Of a stretch of DNA of 64,000 nucleotides, positions 1 to 9,683 are shown in pieces. Numbering within the stretch: position 1 is the stretch's first letter; each line of letters begins with the position of its first letter. This DNA comes from an uncultured bacterium. GTDB taxonomy: Bacteria > Krumholzibacteriota > Krumholzibacteriia > Krumholzibacteriales > Krumholzibacteriaceae. The stretch is taken from contig CAVVEY010000007.1 in assembly GCA_963747385.1 (NCBI GenBank), forward strand, positions 457,050 to 521,049, read 5' to 3'. Under the pieces are notes generated by a model, which ran no database searches, was not told where the DNA came from, and saw nothing but the letters and a program-made list of their open reading frames with translations. Made by a program: the position numbers and the translations under genes.

Positions 1-983
1 GAGCCTTCGGGGACGCGCGGACGTCTCCCGCCTTCGAGCGGGTGCGCACGCCGGAAATGACGACGGTCGACCAGGTGGCGGGCTTCCTCGGGGTGACGCC
101 CCGGGAGATCGTGAAGACCCTTCTCTATCGGACGAACGATCGCTGCGTCGCCGTTCTCGTCCCGGGCGACCGCGAGGTGAACGACGTGAAGCTCGTGCGG
201 GCTTTCAACGATCCCCAGATCCGTTTCCTGGAGCCTGAGGAGATCGTGAGCCTCACGGGAAGCCCCGCGGGATTCTCGGGGCCGGTGGGCCTTCCGCCGG
301 GAACGGCCGTGTACGCGGATAATCTCGTCAAGGGGTACGGGAGCATGATCGTCGGCGCGAACGAAGGCGACACGCACCTGCGCGGCGTGCAGGCGGGCCG
401 CGATTTTTCGGTGGAACGATTCGACGACTTCGTATGGGCTCGCGAGGGGGATCTCTGCCCGAAATGCGGAATCCCGATGGTGAAGACCAACGGTCTCGAG
501 GTCGGGCATATCTTCAAGCTCGGGACGAAATACTCCGAGGCGATGCACGCCGAGTTCCTGGACGAAAAAGGGCAGAACCATCCGTTCCTCATGGGATGCT
601 ACGGTTTCGGGATCTCCCGGATGGTTGCCGCCGCGATCGAACAGCTGCACGACGCGGATGGCATCGTCTGGCCGCTTTCGATCGCGCCTGTGCCGCTCCT
701 GATCCTCGCGGTGAATATGAACGACGCGGATATTCGGGATGCCGCCTGCCGGCTGGAGGCGGAATGCGAGAAACGCGGGATCGAAACGCTCCTCGACGAT
801 CGCGACCTGAGCCCCGGCATGAAATTCAAGGACGCCGATCTCGTCGGCATTCCGTTCCGGCTGACCGTTGGGAAGAAGCTCAAAGAGGGGAAGGTAGAAC
901 TCCTCCACAGGGCGACGCGTCAGGTGGAGGAGATTCCTCTCGAAGATGCCGTGGAAAGGATCGCGGAGCGGATCAAATCCTAG
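1..983 (+). CDS. proS: Prolyl-tRNA synthetase, C-terminal ~325 aa (5' end outside the window)
   Basis: Track ORF 42..983; the frame stays open to base 1. It has a class-II aaRS motif-3 region (GCYGFGISRMVAAAIEQ) and an anticodon-binding C-terminus (DLVGIPFRLTVGKK) typical of bacterial ProRS. Confidence 0.9.
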   Translation, partial: AFGDARTSPAFERVRTPEMTTVDQVAGFLGVTPREIVKTLLYRTNDRCVAVLVPGDREVNDVKLVRAFNDPQIRFLEPEEIVSLTGSPAGFSGPVGLPPGTAVYADNLVKGYGSMIVGANEGDTHLRGVQAGRDFSVERFDDFVWAREGDLCPKCGIPMVKTNGLEVGHIFKLGTKYSEAMHAEFLDEKGQNHPFLMGCYGFGISRMVAAAIEQLHDADGIVWPLSIAPVPLLILAVNMNDADIRDAACRLEAECEKRGIETLLDDRDLSPGMKFKDADLVGIPFRLTVGKKLKEGKVELLHRATRQVEEIPLEDAVERIAERIKS

Positions 984-1231
984 GCCTTGACGGTCTTCCG
1001 GGAAAGGCGCGATTTGAGACGCGAGGCCTTTCGGGGGTGGACGATACCTTTTTTGGCAGCTCTGTCGATCGTCGAGGCGATCGCCGGATATTTCGCCTTC
1101 GAAGCCTCGCCGCTTTCCAACTCGCGGTACGACTTGATCTCTTTTCGCAGAGACGTGCGATTCGCCTTGTTGACGACGCGTTTGCGCTCGTCCTGGCGCA
1201 TCCGCTTCTTTGGTGATTTGTGTATCGGCAT
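980..1231 (-). CDS. rpsT: 30S ribosomal protein S20
   Basis: An 83-aa product (MPIHKSPKKRMRQDERKRVVNKANRTSLRKEIK...) lies inside track ORF 980..1588. A GGAGGTG Shine-Dalgarno sits just upstream of ATG 1231. The longer track ORF is an upstream read-through. Confidence 0.9.
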   Translation of the reverse strand: MPIHKSPKKRMRQDERKRVVNKANRTSLRKEIKSYRELESGEASKAKYPAIASTIDRAAKKGIVHPRKASRLKSRLSRKTVKA

Positions 1232-1291
1232 TGATTCTTCACCTCCGTGAAGCGATAAGATACCAGAAGGGTATATCGATGTCAAGTCCGC

Positions 1292-3099
1292 ATGCGCAGC
1301 CGTCTCAAAGAAAAGGCGGATTCCTTCCCGGATTCTCCCGGCGTCTATTTCATGAAGAACGGGAAAGGCCGGATTCTCTATGTGGGGAAGGCGAAGAACC
1401 TCTCCGCGCGCATCCGGAGTTACATGCAGAGACCCGACGCTCTCGACGCCAAGACGGCATCCCTGATGCGGGTCACGGAGACGATCGAGTATATCGCGAC
1501 CGATACGGAGGTCGAGGCGCTCGTTCTCGAATGCACGCTTGATCAAGGAGCATCGTCCCCGGTACAATATCCGGCTCAAGGACGACAAGCGGTATCCCTA
1601 TCTGAAGCTCACGAGGCAGGAGCGCTTCCCGCGGCTTTTTCTCGTGCGGCGCATGGAAAACGACGGCGCCGAGTATTTCGGCCCGTTCACCGACACGAAC
1701 GCGGTTCGGCGAACCCTGCGGACGATCCGGACGATCTTTCCGCTCAGGGATTGCCGCGAGCGGCGTGCGGGCAGAATCGCGGGGCGGGAGTGCCTCAACT
1801 TTCACATCGGTCGCTGCAAGGCGCCCTGCACGGGGAAAATCGACGAGAAGGAATACCGCGAGATCGTCGAAGAGGTGCGGCTTTTCCTCAAGGGAAAAGC
1901 GCGGCGTCTCGGCGAATCGATTCGCGATCGAATGTGGCGGCTGGCCCGCATGAAACGGTACGAGGAGGCCGCCGCGGCTCGCGATCAGGCCGCGGCCTAC
2001 GAAAAGATGTCGCAGCGCCAGCGAGCGGCGACCCCGCTCGGCGCGGACGAGGATTTTGTGGCGCTTGCGCGCGAGGGAGGCCTTTCATGCGGAATCGTCC
2101 TGAAGATCCGCGACGGCGCCATACACGGCCGGGAGTCCTTTTTCGTGCCGGCGTCCCCGTCCGAGCGCGACGCGGGCGTCTTCGAGGCGTTCTTCGAGCT
2201 CTATTATCACGGGGCGACCGACGTGCCCCCGCGTATCCATGTGCCGGCCGCTTTCTCCGACGAGAGCCTCGTCTCGGAATGGTTGAGCGCGAAACGCGGC
2301 GGACGGGTGCGCATATCGATGCCTCGGAAGGGGGAGAAGAGGGCTCTGCTCCGGCTGGCCCTGAAGAACGCCGAACTCCAGCTGGCGTCGGAAACGCGTT
2401 CCAAGGGGACGAGCCTGCCCGCGCTCCGGGATCTCAGGGCGATGCTCGCCCTGTCGTCGACGCCCGTGCGGATCGAAGCGTACGACATATCGAACATTCA
2501 GGGATCGGACGCGGTCGGATCGATGGCGGTTTTCGAGAGAGGGATGCCCCGCCCGTCCCGGTATCGTCATTTCAGGATCCGGGAGGTCCGGGGTTCGGAC
2601 GACTATGCGATGATTCGCGAGGTTCTCGCGAGGCGTCTCTCTCACCTGAAGGAGGGTCATGAGCGCGCCCCCGACCTCATCGTGATCGACGGTGGCAAGG
2701 GGCAGCTCTCGGCGGCCCGGCGCGCGATGGATGCGATCGGCGTATCGGGCATCCCGCTCATCGGTCTGGCGAAGCGAAACGAGGAGATCTACGTGGAGGG
2801 AAGGAGCGAACCCATGATCCTTCCGCGCAGAAGTCTCGCGCTCCGTCTGCTTCAGCGGGCGCGCGACGAGGCGCATCGTTTCGCGATCGACTATCATCGG
2901 AAGCTCCGGAGCAAAGGGCTGCGGCGTTCCGAATTGGATGGAATCCCCGGCATCGGCGAAAAGAGAAAGACGGCGCTGCTCGTGGAATTCGGCAGCCTCG
3001 AAAGCCTCAGGAAGGCCCCCGTGGAGAAGAATCGCTGAAATTCCCGGCATAGGAGCGAAAACGGCACGGAGAATATATGAGGGGCTCCATGAAAACTAA
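1292..3099 (+). pseudogene. uvrC: Excinuclease ABC subunit C (UvrC), reading frame broken twice (+1) as assembled
   Basis: The GIY-YIG N-terminus (GVYFMKNGKGRILYVGKAKNL) is in the frame of ORF 1292. It continues as IKEHRPRYNIRLKDDKRYPYLK in ORF 1539..3038 after an extra base at ~1541. A second extra base at 3030 hides the helix-hairpin-helix tail IAEIPGIGAKTARRIYEGLHEN, so the corrected stop is 3097-3099. Confidence 0.85.
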
Positions 3100-4000
3100 C
3101 GGTCGAGAATCGGGGCAGACGGAAAATTTCGCCGAGCGCTATTCCGATAACCTGCGCGTAGAAAAGGGACTAAGTGATTTAACTATTAAGGCATACGAGG
3201 CAGATATAAAGGAATTTCTTGAGTATATGCGCGCGGCGGGAAAGGTGCCGCCGGGAGACTTGACGATGGAAACCACACTCGGTTTTCTCGCGGCCTCAGA
3301 GAAGCTTAAGAGCCCTTCGTCGCGCGCGAGGACGCTGAGCGCGGTAAAAGGCTTTTTCCGTTTTCTCTACGACCAGGGAACCCTCGCGGATCGGACAATC
3401 GATTCGCTGTCCGCGCCCAAGGTGCTGCGCAGGATTCCGTTCGTGCTGGCGCAGCATGAGATCGAGAGGCTTCTCGCGCTGCCGGACACGGGTACGCTCG
3501 GGATTCGGGACAGAGCCCTTCTCGAGTTCGACTATTCGGCGGGACTCAGGGTTTCGGAACTGTGCGATCTCAAACTCGAGCAACTCGATCAGGACCGGCG
3601 AATCGCGCGAGTTCGGGGAAAGGGGAGCAAGGAACGGATCGTGCCATATGGGCGCAGCGCGGGCGACGCTCTGACCGCTTACGTCGAATCGTCGCGGCCG
3701 CGGCTTCTTGGAAACCGGATTTCGGCGTACGTATTTCTCAATTACCGGGGCGGCCGGCTTTCGCGGGTCGGCTTCTGGAAGCTGCTTCGGAAATACGCCG
3801 CGGCGGCGGGGCTTCCGGCGCGCATCAGCCCGCACACCCTGCGCCATTCCTTTGCGACGCACCTGCTCGAGGGGGGCGCCGATTTGAGAGCGGTGCAGGA
3901 GCTTCTCGGCCATTCGAGCATCGCGACGACGCAGATCTATACGAAACTCGACATGGATTATCTCCTCGAAGTGCATCGCACCTTCCATCCGCGCGGCTGA
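3077..4000 (+). CDS. xerD: Tyrosine recombinase XerD/XerC family
   Basis: 307-aa ORF with the catalytic C-terminus RHSFATHLLEGGADLRAVQELLGHSSIATTQIYT. Its position upstream of scpA-scpB fits xerD, but I cannot separate XerC from XerD by eye. ATG 3089 is an alternative start. Confidence 0.8.
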   Translation: MRGSMKTNGRESGQTENFAERYSDNLRVEKGLSDLTIKAYEADIKEFLEYMRAAGKVPPGDLTMETTLGFLAASEKLKSPSSRARTLSAVKGFFRFLYDQGTLADRTIDSLSAPKVLRRIPFVLAQHEIERLLALPDTGTLGIRDRALLEFDYSAGLRVSELCDLKLEQLDQDRRIARVRGKGSKERIVPYGRSAGDALTAYVESSRPRLLGNRISAYVFLNYRGGRLSRVGFWKLLRKYAAAAGLPARISPHTLRHSFATHLLEGGADLRAVQELLGHSSIATTQIYTKLDMDYLLEVHRTFHPRG

Positions 4001-4009
4001 AGGAAAGGA

Positions 4010-4039
4010 TTGACAGCGGTCCCCCGATTCGCCTAGGAT
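4010..4039 (+). promoter_or_regulatory. Candidate sigma-70 promoter for scpA-scpB
   Basis: TTGACA (4010-4015), 18-nt spacer, TAGGAT (4034-4039), ~75 nt upstream of the scpA ATG. Sequence match only. Confidence 0.3.
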
Positions 4040-4112
4040 GCACGGATTGAGATAACTCGTTCTCGCGGCTTTCGTTTCGACGGTCGGGGCGCGCGGCAGG
4101 GGAGGCTCTTCG

Positions 4113-4853
4113 ATGACATACCAGGTTCGCCTCGTGCAGTTCGAGGGCCCCCTCGATCTTCTCCTGCATCTCATCCGCCGCGACAAGATCAATATCTACG
4201 ATATACCGATCTCGCACATCACGCGCGAATACCTCGCGTACATCGAAGTCATGCAGGAGCTGGAGCTTGAGGTCGCCGGTGAATTCTTCGTCATGGCGGC
4301 GACGCTGATGCGGATCAAGTCGCAGATGCTTCTGCCGCGGCACGAGGGGTTCGAGGAAGAGGCCGATCCGCGCGAGGAGCTCGTCAGGAATCTCCTCGAA
4401 TACCGGAAATTCAAGGAAGCGGCGCACCATCTCGCCTCGAAGGAAGAGGATCGCAGAAAGGTATTCCCGAGAATGGCCGCCGCGTCCCCTGTCGAGGAAC
4501 CGGCGGAAGACAGTCTCGAGGTCAGCCTGTTCGATCTGCTCGAGGCGCTGCAGAGCGTATTCAAGAACATCAACCAGCAGGCCATCTATCATGTCGTGCC
4601 CGATTCCGTCACCGTCGAGCAGAAGATCGAGGCGATTCGCTCGACCCTCGGCCGCCGTTCAGAAGTTCTTTTTACGGAACTTTTTACCGGCGAGTTCACG
4701 AAGATAGAGATCATCGTGACGTTTCTCGCCATTCTCGAGATGATAAAGCTCGGGGAGCTCGTCGCGCGACAGATGTCGCGCGCGGCGGACATCTGGCTTT
4801 ACAAGCCCGGCGTCGACTCATATATTGACGCGCATGGGAACCCGCATGGATGA
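4113..4853 (+). CDS. scpA: Segregation and condensation protein A (kleisin)
   Basis: 246-aa ORF. The N-terminus YQVRLVQFEGPLDLLLHLIRRDKINIYDIPISHIT is typical of ScpA, and scpB follows directly. Confidence 0.9.
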   Translation: MTYQVRLVQFEGPLDLLLHLIRRDKINIYDIPISHITREYLAYIEVMQELELEVAGEFFVMAATLMRIKSQMLLPRHEGFEEEADPREELVRNLLEYRKFKEAAHHLASKEEDRRKVFPRMAAASPVEEPAEDSLEVSLFDLLEALQSVFKNINQQAIYHVVPDSVTVEQKIEAIRSTLGRRSEVLFTELFTGEFTKIEIIVTFLAILEMIKLGELVARQMSRAADIWLYKPGVDSYIDAHGNPHG

Positions 4854-5484
4854 AAATAGCGATATCGGGGTCGACGATCGCTCGCTCGAGCGCGAGGTTG
4901 AAGCCCTTCTGTTCGCGTCAGACATTCCGCTCGCGGCGGCGAAGCTCGCCGCGTTGACCGGCGCGGCATCGTCGCGGCGCATCCTCGCTGCGATCGGCGC
5001 CCTTTCGAGATTCTACGGCGAATCGGGGCGGGGATTCACGATCGTCGAGGTCGCGGGAGGCTACCAGCTGACGACGCTCCCCGAATTCTCCGGCGTCGTG
5101 TCCCGGCTCTTCAAAGGCAGGAAGAAGGCGAAGCTCACCCTGCCCGCGCTCGAAACGCTTGCGATCATCGCGTATAAGCAGCCGATCAGCCGGATGCAAA
5201 TCGAGGCCATTCGGGGGGTGAACTGCGACGGAGTCCTCGCGACGCTCGTCGAGCGCGAGCTCATTTCGATCAGCGGCAGGGGAGACGGTATCGGAAAACC
5301 GTATCTCTATTCGACGACGAAGAAATTTCTCGAATATCTGGGTCTCAAGGATTTCGGAGATTTGCCGAGCCTCGACGAGCTCGAACGCAGATTCGCATTC
5401 GATGCGGAATCCTCGAAACCGCTCGTGCCGCCGCCCCAGAATCAATCCGACGGAGACGGCGCGCCGAATGCCGGCGGGCAATGA
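4846..5484 (+). CDS. scpB: Segregation and condensation protein B
   Basis: Track ORF 4825..5484. ScpB winged-helix signatures are present (LEALLFASD.PL, LETLAIIAYKQPISRMQIEAIRGVN). ATG 4846 overlaps the scpA stop (ATGGATGA); TTG 4825 is the alternative start. Confidence 0.85.
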   Translation: MDENSDIGVDDRSLEREVEALLFASDIPLAAAKLAALTGAASSRRILAAIGALSRFYGESGRGFTIVEVAGGYQLTTLPEFSGVVSRLFKGRKKAKLTLPALETLAIIAYKQPISRMQIEAIRGVNCDGVLATLVERELISISGRGDGIGKPYLYSTTKKFLEYLGLKDFGDLPSLDELERRFAFDAESSKPLVPPPQNQSDGDGAPNAGGQ

Positions 5485-6233
5485 GCGCCAAGCTCAGGAT
5501 CAACCGCTGGCTGGCGTCCGCCGGCGTCGGTTCGCGGCGGAAATGCGACGATCTGATACGCGCGGGGGTGGTTTCGGTCAACGGAGAGACGCTGACGCAT
5601 CTCGGGGCGCTCGTCGATCCGGATGTCGATTCGATAACGGTCGAGGGACGCGTCATCGCGCGCGCGGACGAGCCGAGGGTGCTCGTGCTCAACAAACCGA
5701 CGGGTGTTCTGAGCACCGTGACCGATTCCTTCAAACGGAAAACGGTCATCGATCTCGCCCGGGAGCATGGGTTTGTGGAGCGTTTGTTTCCCGTGGGGAG
5801 ACTCGATCTCGATACTTCGGGCATCCTGCTCCTCACCAACGACGGCGATCTCGCGTACCGGCTTACGCACCCGCGCTTCAAGATCGAGAAGACGTATCGC
5901 CTGATCGTCGACGGAGAGGTAGCCCACGCCACGGTCGCGGCGATCGTGGCGGGAGTCGAGCTCGACGGGTACCGGACGAAGCCGTGCGCGGTGGCGATCG
6001 TCACGCGGGGCCGTGCGGCGACGACCCTCGAGGTGCGGCTCACGGAAGGAAGAAAACGGCAAATCAGGCGAATGTTCGAGCTCTTCGGTCACCGGACGAT
6101 CGAGCTCGCGAGAACGGCGCTCGGAGATCTCCGCTTCGATGATTGCGCCCCGGGCGCGATGCGGCCGCTCTCGGAGCGCGAGGAGCGAAGGCTGCGGGAG
6201 CTTGCGGGTTTGACACGAAAAGGGGAGGAATAG
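5481..6233 (+). CDS. rluB: Pseudouridine synthase, RsuA/RluB family (S4 domain plus catalytic domain)
   Basis: 250-aa ORF with an S4 N-terminus (RINRWLASAGVGSRRKCDDLIRAGVVSVNG) and the catalytic motif FPVGRLDLDTSGILLLTNDG. Confidence 0.85.
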   Translation: MSAKLRINRWLASAGVGSRRKCDDLIRAGVVSVNGETLTHLGALVDPDVDSITVEGRVIARADEPRVLVLNKPTGVLSTVTDSFKRKTVIDLAREHGFVERLFPVGRLDLDTSGILLLTNDGDLAYRLTHPRFKIEKTYRLIVDGEVAHATVAAIVAGVELDGYRTKPCAVAIVTRGRAATTLEVRLTEGRKRQIRRMFELFGHRTIELARTALGDLRFDDCAPGAMRPLSEREERRLRELAGLTRKGEE

Positions 6234-6238
6234 TCGTC

Positions 6239-7336
6239 ATGTCGATCATGGACCTCATGAGACCGCACTTGAAGAGCGTCAAGCCGTACGTGCCGGGAAA
6301 GCCGATCGAAGAGCTCCGCAGGGAACGGAACTTCGACGGCGAGATCATCAAGCTCGCTTCGAACGAGAATCCGTACGAGCCGATCGACGAGGTCAGGCAG
6401 GCGATCATCGACGAGCTCGCCCAGGTCAACCGGTATCCGAATTCTGGCTGCTTCTATCTCTGCGCCGAGCTCGGGAAATATCACGCGCTGAACGCGAGTC
6501 AGATATTCATCGGGAACGGATCCAACGAGATCATCGATCTTATCGTGCGGGCGTTCGTGAACCCGGACGAAGAGATTGTCTACCCGTGGCCCAGTTTCAT
6601 CGTCTATCCGATCGTGAGCCAGCTCGCCGGCGTCAAGGCGGTCGAAGTGCCGCTCAAGGACTACCGTCTGGATTGCGCGGCGATGCGCGCGGCCGTGACG
6701 TCCAGGACGAAAATCGTCTTCATCTGCAATCCGAACAACCCCACCGCGACCTACGTTTCGAGAAGCGAGATCGAGCGATTTCTCGACGGGCTGTCCGAAT
6801 CGGTGCTCGTCGTGTTCGACGAGGCGTATTACGAGTATGTCGCCGCGAGCGATTTTCCCGACGCGATCGCTCTCATCAAGGACCGGCCCAACGTCATCGT
6901 GCTGCGCACGTTCTCCAAAATTCATTCGCTTTCGGCCCTGCGAGTCGGTTACTCGCTTTCCCATGAGGACGTCGTCACGTGCCTCCACAAGGTGCGGCAG
7001 CCGTTTAACGTGAACAGCGTCGCTCAGGGCGCGGCGCTCGCCGCTCTCAGAAACATGGACACCGTCGCGGTCAGGGCGAAGGAGAACAGGGACGAGCTGC
7101 GGTTCGTGCGCGAGGAGCTGCAGAAGCTCGGATTCGTCATTCCGCCTTCGCAGACGAACTTCCTGCTCGCGGTTCCCCCGCACGGGTGCGGGGCCATCGT
7201 GGAGCAGCTCATGGATCGAGGGATTATCGTTCGCCCGATGAAGCCCTTCGGGCTCGGCGACGAGACATTCCGCGTGACGATCGGAACGCCGTACGAGAAC
7301 AGAAAATTCATCGAAACGCTCAAAGGGTTGATTTGA
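6239..7336 (+). CDS. hisC: Histidinol-phosphate aminotransferase
   Basis: Internal ATG 6239 of track ORF 6143..7336 (MSIMDLMRPHLKSVKPYVPGKP). Class-II aminotransferase with the PLP-lysine region RTFSKIHSLSALRVGY and NENPY near the N-terminus. Confidence 0.85.
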   Translation: MSIMDLMRPHLKSVKPYVPGKPIEELRRERNFDGEIIKLASNENPYEPIDEVRQAIIDELAQVNRYPNSGCFYLCAELGKYHALNASQIFIGNGSNEIIDLIVRAFVNPDEEIVYPWPSFIVYPIVSQLAGVKAVEVPLKDYRLDCAAMRAAVTSRTKIVFICNPNNPTATYVSRSEIERFLDGLSESVLVVFDEAYYEYVAASDFPDAIALIKDRPNVIVLRTFSKIHSLSALRVGYSLSHEDVVTCLHKVRQPFNVNSVAQGAALAALRNMDTVAVRAKENRDELRFVREELQKLGFVIPPSQTNFLLAVPPHGCGAIVEQLMDRGIIVRPMKPFGLGDETFRVTIGTPYENRKFIETLKGLI

Positions 7337-7373
7337 TCCGCCGCGTGCATCGAACGCCTCGCGGAATCTCGCG

Positions 7374-8738
7374 ATGAATCTCACGGAACGCACCGCTGCC
7401 GTATTGAGCGGGTTTATCGTCACCATCGACGGTCCCGCCGGTTCGGGCAAGAGCACGACCGCCTCGATTCTCGCCTCCCGCCTCGGGCTCGCCTATCTGG
7501 ATACGGGCGCCATGTACAGGGCCGTCGCCCACGCCGCGCTCACGCGCGGCGTCGATCCCGAGGACGCAGCGGCGGTATCGGAGCTCGCGTCGAGGCTCGC
7601 CCTCGAAGTTCGAACGAGCGGGGGGAAAACGGCCCTCTTTCTCGACGGGAAGAACGTCGAAGGAGACATCCGGACGCCCGAGGTCTCCCGTCTCGTCTCT
7701 CCCGTGAGCCGGCACGAGGGTGTGCGGCGCGCGATGGTGCGCCTCCAGAGGATCGCCGGCGCGCGCGGCGGGGTCGTCGCCGAGGGAAGGGATACCGGTT
7801 CGGTCGTATTTCCGCACGCCGCGGTGAAGGTCTTCCTCGTCGCCGATATCGAGGCTCGCGCGCGGCGAAGACTCGGGCAGCTCAGAGGCATGGGTATCGA
7901 GCAGGACGTCGGCGCGATCAGGCAGAATATCCTCGATCGCGACGCGATGGACTCGGGACGCGCGTTGAGCCCGCTCCTCAGACCCGCGGGCGCGTTCACC
8001 GTCGACACATCCGCTTTGACGATCGAATCGCAGGTCGCTCGTATCGAGGCCGAAGTGCTCCGCCAGGCCGAACGAATCTCCGGAATAGCCGTGGTCGGCG
8101 GGGAATCGAACCCGTTCGCCCGCTCTCCCGGCTACTTCGGGATCACCAAGCGGATCGTGCGCGCGTTCTTCCGCGCCGTGTTCGGATTGCGCATATACGG
8201 TCTGGAGCATCTTCGTTACCGGGAGAACTGCATCTTCGCGAGCAACCACCTGTCGAACGGCGATCCGCTCGTCGTCGGATGCGCTCTCGATCGGGAGGTG
8301 TGGTTCCTGGCCAAGAAGGAGCTTTTCCGCAACGGGCTTTTCGCAAGGCTCATCAGCGCGTACCATGCGATACCGGTCGACCGCGATGAGATCGAGAGAA
8401 AAACGATGAAGCGCCTCTTCGGTCTCCTTGGCGAAGGGCATTCCATTCTCATGTTTCCCGAAGGAACCCGGTCCCGCACCGGAACGCTCGGGGAACTCAA
8501 GGCCGGCCTCGGATTCGTCGCCGCGAAAAGCGGGGTAAGCATCGTGCCGGTTTGCGTCACCGGCACCAATCGCCTGCTCGATTGTCTTCTCAGGCGCGCA
8601 CGGCTCTCCGTCCGCATCGGGCCTCCCATCCGGATGGACGCTGATCGACGGGATGAGCACATGAAGGAAGATTACCGCATCATCGCGGGAATGGCGCAGC
8701 ACGAGATCAGGATGCTGATGGATGAAGCGGAAGTTTGA
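7374..8738 (+). CDS. cmk: Cytidylate kinase fused in frame to a 1-acyl-sn-glycerol-3-phosphate acyltransferase (PlsC-type) domain, as assembled
   Basis: Single 454-aa ORF. The N-terminal half carries the Cmk P-loop (IVTIDGPAGSGKSTTASILA, YLDTGAMYRA). The C-terminal half has acyltransferase motifs NHLSNGD (HX4D), FPEGTRSRTG and VSIVPV. See the findings for the alternative that an extra A at 8084/8085 masks a TAG stop. Confidence 0.75.
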   Translation: MNLTERTAAVLSGFIVTIDGPAGSGKSTTASILASRLGLAYLDTGAMYRAVAHAALTRGVDPEDAAAVSELASRLALEVRTSGGKTALFLDGKNVEGDIRTPEVSRLVSPVSRHEGVRRAMVRLQRIAGARGGVVAEGRDTGSVVFPHAAVKVFLVADIEARARRRLGQLRGMGIEQDVGAIRQNILDRDAMDSGRALSPLLRPAGAFTVDTSALTIESQVARIEAEVLRQAERISGIAVVGGESNPFARSPGYFGITKRIVRAFFRAVFGLRIYGLEHLRYRENCIFASNHLSNGDPLVVGCALDREVWFLAKKELFRNGLFARLISAYHAIPVDRDEIERKTMKRLFGLLGEGHSILMFPEGTRSRTGTLGELKAGLGFVAAKSGVSIVPVCVTGTNRLLDCLLRRARLSVRIGPPIRMDADRRDEHMKEDYRIIAGMAQHEIRMLMDEAEV

Positions 8739-9585
8739 AATCGTCCCGTCCCCTCACAGGGGCTATTGCTTCGGAGTTATGCGGGCGATGCGTCTCATCG
8801 AGCAGGGGCTCGAGAGCATCGGAGGGACGATCTATACCCTCGGGGACGTCATTCACAATCCGCTCGAAATCGAGCGGCTCAGGACCCTCGGGGTCCATTC
8901 CGTCGAAACGCTCGACGAGGTGCCGGAAGGGGGGACGCTCGTTCTCCGCGCCCACGGCGTGCGCCCCGATCTGATCGATGATGCGAGGCGGCGCGGCATC
9001 AATATCCTCGACGCTACGTGCCCGTTCGTTCAGCTCAGCCAGCGACACGTCAGGCGGTTCGCCGAAGATTCCGTTCCGGTGATAATCATCGGCGACCGCG
9101 AGCACCCGGAAGTCCGCGGGATAGCCGGTCATGCCGGGGATAACACCGTCGTCGTCAAGGATGCGCGCGAAGCCGGGCTGGTAGCGCCTCTCGACAGGGC
9201 GGGAGTGGTTATCCAGACGACGTTTTCGAGAAGCGAGGCGGAGGAGATAATCGCGGCTCTCGGCGCTCGCGTGCGGGATCTCCTGGTCCGGGACACCATC
9301 TGCCGGGCGACGGAGACGCGGCGGGACGCGATGCTCGCTCTCGCCCGGGACGTGGATTGCCTGCTCGTCGTGGGCGGAAAAAACAGCTCAAACACGATAC
9401 GTCTCTACCAGGGTTGCGTCGATTCCGGCGTTCCGGCGTATCTCGTCGAATCGGCGGAAGACATAGATCCCGCTTGGTTCTCGGAGGCCCGGAAAATCGG
9501 GCTTTCCACAGGCACATCCACTCCCGCCTGGATCATCGACGCCGTTCTTGCCCGGCTCGACGAGATAGCGCGGGAATCCGCCTGA
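8722..9585 (+). CDS. ispH: 4-hydroxy-3-methylbut-2-enyl diphosphate reductase
   Basis: 287-aa ORF with the IspH/LytB pattern (GYCFGVMRAMRL, LRAHGV, DATCPFV, VVGGKNSSNT). It sits between cmk and rpsA, as in many bacteria. Confidence 0.9.
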   Translation: MKRKFEIVPSPHRGYCFGVMRAMRLIEQGLESIGGTIYTLGDVIHNPLEIERLRTLGVHSVETLDEVPEGGTLVLRAHGVRPDLIDDARRRGINILDATCPFVQLSQRHVRRFAEDSVPVIIIGDREHPEVRGIAGHAGDNTVVVKDAREAGLVAPLDRAGVVIQTTFSRSEAEEIIAALGARVRDLLVRDTICRATETRRDAMLALARDVDCLLVVGGKNSSNTIRLYQGCVDSGVPAYLVESAEDIDPAWFSEARKIGLSTGTSTPAWIIDAVLARLDEIARESA

Positions 9586-9614
9586 CGGAACGGCCGCCCC
9601 CCCTCAAAAAATAC

Positions 9615-9643
9615 TTGCTTCCGAAGCCCTAAGCCTTTATGAT
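9615..9643 (+). promoter_or_regulatory. Candidate sigma-70 promoter for rpsA
   Basis: TTGCTT (9615-9620), 17-nt spacer, TATGAT (9638-9643), 40 nt upstream of the rpsA ATG. A GGGAGGAG Shine-Dalgarno precedes the ATG. Confidence 0.45.
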
Positions 9644-9683
9644 CTATTGTTCTTAGTTCATAATCCAGGGAGGAGATCGATTC

